Made by a program: the position numbers and the translations under genes. From a virus (Duplodnaviria > Caudoviricetes): a stretch of DNA of 28,647 nucleotides. The notes below the pieces were generated by a model. That model saw only the letters and a list, made by a program, of their open reading frames with translations, was not told where the DNA came from and did no database searches. This document shows, one piece after another, positions 24,447 to 28,647 of this stretch; position 1 is the stretch's first letter, and every line of letters starts with the position of its first letter. Where the stretch lies: positions 1 to 28,647 of IMG/VR virus record IMGVR_UViG_3300036833_000104; one strand, given 5' to 3'.

Positions 24447-25034
24447 TCACCGCCGTGCTTGTTGCGGCGGTGGCGTTGATGGCGCCGGAGTCGGTGCATT
24501 TGGAACGCCGATGACGACCCATCCAGTACTCGGGCTCCAGCCAATCTTCCACTCGATCAGTTTCTGCCGCTCTCCTGGCGGGAGGGCAATCGGAGGCGTC
24601 GGAAAGCCAGGGTAGGGACCCCAGATGCCCAGCGGCGGCACCGGCGGCAGCACGATCGGATGCGCTGGCACCCCCGGCGAGATCGCATCCGGCGGCAGCA
24701 CGATCGGATGGGCCGGAACGCCTGGGGACGGCCAAATCTCTGGCGGCAGGACAATCGGATGGGTCGGGACGTCCGGTGCAATCGCGCCCGGTGGGATCAC
24801 TATCGGATGCGCGGGGTAGACCGGGATGTAGATCGGATGCGCTGGCACCCCCGGCGAGATCGCATCCGGCGGCAGCACGATTGGATGGGCTGGACCCCCG
24901 CCCGGTGCAATTGGGTGCCCTGGATAACCCGGTCCAGGCCAGATACCGGGAGGCGGTCCACCGGGGGCGATGGGGTGTGTCGGAGCCCCGCCAGTGTTCA
25001 GCGGGGTGATGAGTGCGAGAAAAGCTTCGGTCAT
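24447..25034 (-). CDS. Pro-rich PxHPI-repeat protein
   Basis: Eight PxHPI motifs plus PTPPI. SD AGGAGG. C-terminal WKIGWSPSTGWVVIGVP. Confidence 0.85.
   Translation of the reverse strand: MTEAFLALITPLNTGGAPTHPIAPGGPPPGIWPGPGYPGHPIAPGGGPAHPIVLPPDAISPGVPAHPIYIPVYPAHPIVIPPGAIAPDVPTHPIVLPPEIWPSPGVPAHPIVLPPDAISPGVPAHPIVLPPVPPLGIWGPYPGFPTPPIALPPGERQKLIEWKIGWSPSTGWVVIGVPNAPTPAPSTPPPQQARR
24654..24881. repeat. 51-bp perfect direct repeat inside the PxHPI gene
   Basis: GATCGGATGCGCTGGCACCCCCGGCGAGATCGCATCCGGCGGCAGCACGAT at 24654-24704 and 24831-24881. Confidence 0.9.
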
Positions 25035-25104
25035 AGGCCAGCCTCCTTTTAGCTCCTGGTTGCAATCCTAGCTCAAACGCACCACGGCCCGCGCTAGGAC
25101 TCCC

Positions 25105-25542
25105 TTATGCCGCCTTGGGTCGGGATCGGTCCCATGCCTCAAGCAAGTCGGCATGTGCGGCCTTGGCGCGAGATTCGGAGCGTAAACGCGCGACGTTGTA
25201 GGCAACGTCCGCGCCGCTCATGCGGTCGCGGAGGATGTATTCAGGCTCGCTTTCCCTCTTCGAATGCGCAGTCGGATAGCGCCACTGTAGACCCTCGAAC
25301 CCCGCAAACCGCGGCTCATCGTCCTCCTCGCTGTCCTCGAACAGCTTGCGGCATTGTTGGCGAGCAATTTGCCGCAATTGCAGGTGACATCCGAGCCGAA
25401 CCAGCGCCACCGAACGACTGCTTGGATCAATTTCTTTCAGCGCTTCAGTTGCGATCCAGTTTGGATTGATTACCACATAGTCTCGCCGAGCTTCGATGAT
25501 GCGAGCCACGATTTCGGCGAGTTGACTTTCCTCTCTGGTCAT
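25105..25542 (-). CDS. Hypothetical phage protein
   Basis: ATG 25542 overlaps the upstream stop (ATGA); 145 aa. Confidence 0.75.
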   Translation of the reverse strand: MTREESQLAEIVARIIEARRDYVVINPNWIATEALKEIDPSSRSVALVRLGCHLQLRQIARQQCRKLFEDSEEDDEPRFAGFEGLQWRYPTAHSKRESEPEYILRDRMSGADVAYNVARLRSESRAKAAHADLLEAWDRSRPKAA

Positions 25543-26165
25543 TTCGTGGCCCCTATCTGTTTGAGCCAAATAGCAACTCTCGGTGCTAATCGATGAACAT
25601 CATCAAGCATCGGCGCGGTCATCGTTTGCAATAGCTGTTTTGGTGTTTTGGCGAGCAGGCCGTCACGCTCGAAATCGAGCAGGCGGCCCCACAGCCACAG
25701 CGCCTCTGAACTTACAGGATCGCCAGATACACCGCGAAGCCTTTCCTTCGGCGGCTCGGCTTCTCGCAAAATCCCTTTCGCCGTAGGTGGTAGCACGCTT
25801 GCGCCGATGGCAAGGTCGAAGTCACGCTGCGGTATCGCACCAAGCCGCTGCCATTGCGAAGATTGGTCCTTACTGATGCCGAGATCGGACAACGGGGTCG
25901 TCTGAGACGACCCCGTTTTCTTGCCATCACGAGCACCATGCCGCTTGGGCATCTTCGCCAGCAATTGCCCAGCTTTGCGCTCAGCACGAAGTCTGATCTC
26001 ACGCGCCTGCCGCTCGGCATCGGTGTTCAGCGCCTGCCGCGCGTAATGTTCGAGCGCAATGGCCTTGTCACGGATGTCCTTCACCTCGTCCACCTTATGG
26101 GCGGCGTCGATTGCGCGACACATGGCATTGTAGCGGACAAGCTGATGCGCCCGCAAACGAACCAT
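25539..26165 (-). CDS. Phage protein resembling the helical N-terminal domain often fused to phage methyltransferases
   Basis: LVRYNAMCRAIDAAHKVDEVKDIRDKAIALEHYARQA...EIRLRAERKAGQLL...LSDLGISKDQSSQWQRL. No SAM-binding or DPPW motif. Confidence 0.65.
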   Translation of the reverse strand: MVRLRAHQLVRYNAMCRAIDAAHKVDEVKDIRDKAIALEHYARQALNTDAERQAREIRLRAERKAGQLLAKMPKRHGARDGKKTGSSQTTPLSDLGISKDQSSQWQRLGAIPQRDFDLAIGASVLPPTAKGILREAEPPKERLRGVSGDPVSSEALWLWGRLLDFERDGLLAKTPKQLLQTMTAPMLDDVHRLAPRVAIWLKQIGATK

Positions 26166-26842
26166 CAGATCGCCCACATTGGATCGAGAGGGTTCTTGGC
26201 AGTCGTCAGCTGCGCATAGACTGCGTACGACCCCATCTTTCGGGCGCGCTCGGTCTCGAAATCCAGCTCGTCCAAAAAGCTGTGGAGCATCGGTTCCATC
26301 AGCTGGATGTAGCGGTCATCACGTACCGTTCTGAGGTAGAACGGCGGCATCCTCGGATGCCAGCTGTAGAAATGCCCTCGCTCGAACTCACCGATGAACA
26401 GCTGGCCTTGCACTTGGGGGCGATAGTCGTTGCCCAAGCCGTCAAGCAAGTACGAAATCTGGGTCCAGGGCATCGGGCATTTGATCTCGACCGACTCGCG
26501 GCCACCTTTGGCCAGCATGTCCGGCGAGCACCCGAGGCGTCCCCGATCATCGGTGACAAAGCCGACGGGCTCGAGCTCAAGGTTGTGGGTGAACTGGAGC
26601 TGGGCGGCTGCGTTTGGCTGCTCGATCTTGCCGCGCTCGACCCACTCCATCCGGTCGGCCCCGTCCTCCATCTGCTCATTGAGCAGCCGCTCAGCGATTA
26701 ACCGGTACATGTACCCGCGCGCCTGTGCGGACGGCTTGCCGGTCGGTGTGATGATCTTGTGAAACATGCTGGAGGTCGGCACACCGATGCGCAGCGCGTG
26801 CCACTCAGCCGATCCCTGATCGACTCGGTGGATTTTGCTCAT
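26165..26842 (-). CDS. YqaJ / lambda-exonuclease family protein
   Basis: QGSAEWHALR.G..TSS, ERG..E, GCSPD, VEIKCP, Y.PQVQGQL. SD GGAGGGGG. Confidence 0.92.
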   Translation of the reverse strand: MSKIHRVDQGSAEWHALRIGVPTSSMFHKIITPTGKPSAQARGYMYRLIAERLLNEQMEDGADRMEWVERGKIEQPNAAAQLQFTHNLELEPVGFVTDDRGRLGCSPDMLAKGGRESVEIKCPMPWTQISYLLDGLGNDYRPQVQGQLFIGEFERGHFYSWHPRMPPFYLRTVRDDRYIQLMEPMLHSFLDELDFETERARKMGSYAVYAQLTTAKNPLDPMWAI

Positions 26843-27042
26843 TCCCCCTCCTTCACGATGAACCAGCGCTTGAAACATTTGTCACAGAAATTCGCGGCCC
26901 AACCGTCTTCGGTGAACATCATCACCGGCACCTCGGGCAGTGCCCCATGACAGATCGCACACAGCGGTCGCCGTGGACTGTCCGGTCTACCCCACGCCAG
27001 GGGCGGTGCATCGAGACGAAGGGTCAGCCGCGCGCCCATCAT
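26839..27042 (-). CDS. Small Zn-finger protein
   Basis: CAICH...FCDKC; coupled at both ends. Confidence 0.7.
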   Translation of the reverse strand: MMGARLTLRLDAPPLAWGRPDSPRRPLCAICHGALPEVPVMMFTEDGWAANFCDKCFKRWFIVKEGE

Positions 27043-27230
27043 TCGGGTTCCCTCTTGCGGAGCGATATGCCGCAGTCCTCCTCAACGAAGCGCAGCAGCT
27101 CTGCAAAGACTTGCGGCTCAAGCCCCACCCAATGCTCACCATGCTCGCGTGGAGCGCGGAGCGTGATCATAAACCCATCGAAAGATGCGTAGAGACCATC
27201 ACCCAAATAGCGTTCGACTGGTTCCGTCAT
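27039..27230 (-). CDS. Conserved phage hypothetical protein
   Basis: MTEPVERYLGDGLYASFDGFMITLRA...LEPQV. Confidence 0.75.
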   Translation of the reverse strand: MTEPVERYLGDGLYASFDGFMITLRAPREHGEHWVGLEPQVFAELLRFVEEDCGISLRKREPE

Positions 27231-27231
27231 G

Positions 27232-27411
27232 TCAGAGGAATCCCTTATCCTTGGCGAGCCATTCCGGCATCGTGAACGTGCCGTCGCCGTTGTTCTCGAC
27301 CTGAGATTTCGGCACCCACGCGCTGATCTTGCCGTCGAACAAGCGGTAGGCTTGGGGCGTCTCGCCGCGCACCTCGGCGGCGAGATCAAACAATCTTGTG
27401 TCGTCGTTCAT
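27232..27411 (-). CDS. Conserved phage hypothetical protein
   Basis: ETPQAY...WVPKSQV...MPEWLAKDKGF. Confidence 0.8.
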   Translation of the reverse strand: MNDDTRLFDLAAEVRGETPQAYRLFDGKISAWVPKSQVENNGDGTFTMPEWLAKDKGFL

Positions 27412-27632
27412 CTGAACCCCACGATGAAGCGGCGAGCCTCGTAGGCATCGTTGCTCATTGCAAAGAACAGCCCCACGGGCATCATCTTTTCGGCCACGCC
27501 TTTGAAATCCTCGTGCTTCGATAGGTCCGAGCCTATCGACGCGATTGCGTTCGCCACCTCGCCTCGGTCGAGATATTCCAGCGCTCGCTTCTTGCACTTG
27601 GCCAGATATACGTCTCTGTCCTCGGTGATCAT
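27408..27632 (-). CDS. Conserved phage hypothetical protein
   Basis: LAKCKKRALEYLDRGEVANAIASIGSDLSKH...RRFIVGF; ATGA coupling. Confidence 0.75.
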   Translation of the reverse strand: MITEDRDVYLAKCKKRALEYLDRGEVANAIASIGSDLSKHEDFKGVAEKMMPVGLFFAMSNDAYEARRFIVGFR

Positions 27633-27853
27633 TGCATCAACTCTTCGATTAGCACGCGCTTGATCGTGTAGGGGCCGCGACAACCGACACCGGGCGAGGT
27701 GTAGATGGCTTTGCCATTCGTCAGCTGCCGGAACGTGTCGATCATCGCCTCTTGGAAAGTGTCGGCGAACTCGCACAGCAGCGAGTTCGTGGCCTCGAAC
27801 GTCGCGCCCTCGGCACCGTGACCGCTGATCGTGAAGCGATAGGACTTTCTCAC
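27629..27853 (-). CDS. Hypothetical protein
   Basis: GTG 27853 overlaps the upstream stop. FRQLTNGKAIYTSPGVGCRGPYTI. Confidence 0.7.
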   Translation of the reverse strand: MRKSYRFTISGHGAEGATFEATNSLLCEFADTFQEAMIDTFRQLTNGKAIYTSPGVGCRGPYTIKRVLIEELMQ

Positions 27854-28143
27854 AGCGGCGTGCTTCCGAGGTCGCCCGGTGCGGAATGACCGGGCGGGTA
27901 GTCGGGAGGCTCGGGCCTGGACCCATCGCGCGGTGCTCCGTCCGGGTATCGGGTGATGGCGACGTTCGCCCACATGGCGGCGGTGCGCAGAGTTCGCAGG
28001 ATGTAGGTTTTGTCCGGGCCTTCCGGCAAGATTTCCCCAATAGCCGCGGCGAGCGTGCGGAACGCCGACCGCATGTCCTCCATCGCATCCATTTGCTCGT
28101 CGTTGGGTTTGAGGTAGCCGAATGTTTCGTGGTGCAGCGTCAT
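27850..28143 (-). CDS. Acb2/Tad1-like helical-hairpin protein (candidate signalling-nucleotide sponge)
   Basis: FGYLKPNDEQMDAM...LAAAI...LPEGPDKTYILRTLRTAAMWANVAITR. SD GAGGAGG. Confidence 0.6.
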   Translation of the reverse strand: MTLHHETFGYLKPNDEQMDAMEDMRSAFRTLAAAIGEILPEGPDKTYILRTLRTAAMWANVAITRYPDGAPRDGSRPEPPDYPPGHSAPGDLGSTPL

Positions 28144-28153
28144 TGCTTCCTCC

Positions 28154-28360
28154 TCAGTGAGTGCCCGGAAGGCACTCCATGTGGCAACTACAGGGATAGG
28201 TACGGCCTCTGTCGTCGGTACAGGTCCCACACACTTGAACCGCAACGCATCCGATTTGTTTCTTCGGGATCGGCGTGTAGTTGTGCGGCGTTATCGCTTC
28301 ACCCGTTCGCGGACAGGATGCAAGCGCGGACAGAAGCAACACTGTGAAGATGATTCTCAT
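28154..28360 (-). CDS. Small secreted Cys-rich protein / lipoprotein candidate
   Basis: Signal peptide MRIIFTVLLLSA followed by lipobox-like LASC; six more Cys. Confidence 0.65.
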   Translation of the reverse strand: MRIIFTVLLLSALASCPRTGEAITPHNYTPIPKKQIGCVAVQVCGTCTDDRGRTYPCSCHMECLPGTH

Positions 28361-28647
28361 TTCTTCTCCCCCGTCATGGAGCGCTGCTTCTCTTTCAGCG
28401 CGTTAATCAGGCGCGGATAATCCCGCTCCTGAATTTCCTCGATCTTCTCGCAGCCGGTGACGAATAGCCGCAGAAACGTGTCGGGCTGAGTTTTGATCGC
28501 CTTGAGCAGCGTGCGTAGCTCGGTTGCCTGCGCTGGCGTGATCGCCTTGGGCACCGCTCGTTTGCCGTCGTCGTCCTCGCCTTTGCGCACGATGTTGCAC
28601 AAGCCTTCCGCGAGGTAGCGTTTGGCGTAGCTTTTTGCGCTGCCGAT
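28357..28647 (-). CDS. ERF-family ssDNA-annealing protein (C-terminal part; runs off the window edge)
   Basis: Manual translation from the edge: IGSAKSYAKRYLAEGLCNIVRKGEDDDG, the ERF GS..SY.KRY...DDDG signature. Confidence 0.88.
   Translation of the reverse strand: MGSAKSYAKRYLAEGLCNIVRKGEDDDGKRAVPKAITPAQATELRTLLKAIKTQPDTFLRLFVTGCEKIEEIQERDYPRLINALKEKQRSMTGEKK

Noticed and set aside
24654-24881. Diversity-generating retroelement TR/VR pair
   Set aside because: The copies are identical, lie in the same gene, show no adenine-specific mismatches, and no reverse transcriptase is present in the window.

Overview
The whole window reads as part of a GC-rich, short-tailed (podovirus-like) dsDNA phage or prophage genome. 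No host genes, integrase, rRNA, tRNA or CRISPR array were seen. It has three blocks. (1) About 1-4.7 kb (+): an early/accessory region starting with a DUF932-family gene, followed by small hypothetical and Zn-ribbon genes separated by a repeated stem-loop + RBS element. (2) About 4.7-24.2 kb (+): a morphogenesis module with TerL, a FmdB-like Zn ribbon, portal, scaffold, major capsid, an IPT/TIG protein, adaptor, nozzle, a GNAT-like protein, four ejection-type proteins (one with a SleB-like hydrolase domain) and a holin candidate. (3) About 24.4-28.6 kb (-): a recombination/accessory block with ERF, a YqaJ/lambda-type exonuclease, an Acb2/Tad1-like protein and a PxHPI-repeat protein. The most striking signal, which the ORF track does not resolve, is a translationally coupled cluster of six tiny basic/Arg-rich (protamine-like) genes between the nozzle and ejection genes (15214-16333). 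Other highlights are covarying intergenic hairpins in the early region and a winged-helix 'moron' with its own promoter and an RBS-sequestering hairpin. All family calls come from motifs and synteny recognised by eye; no database search or folding program was run.
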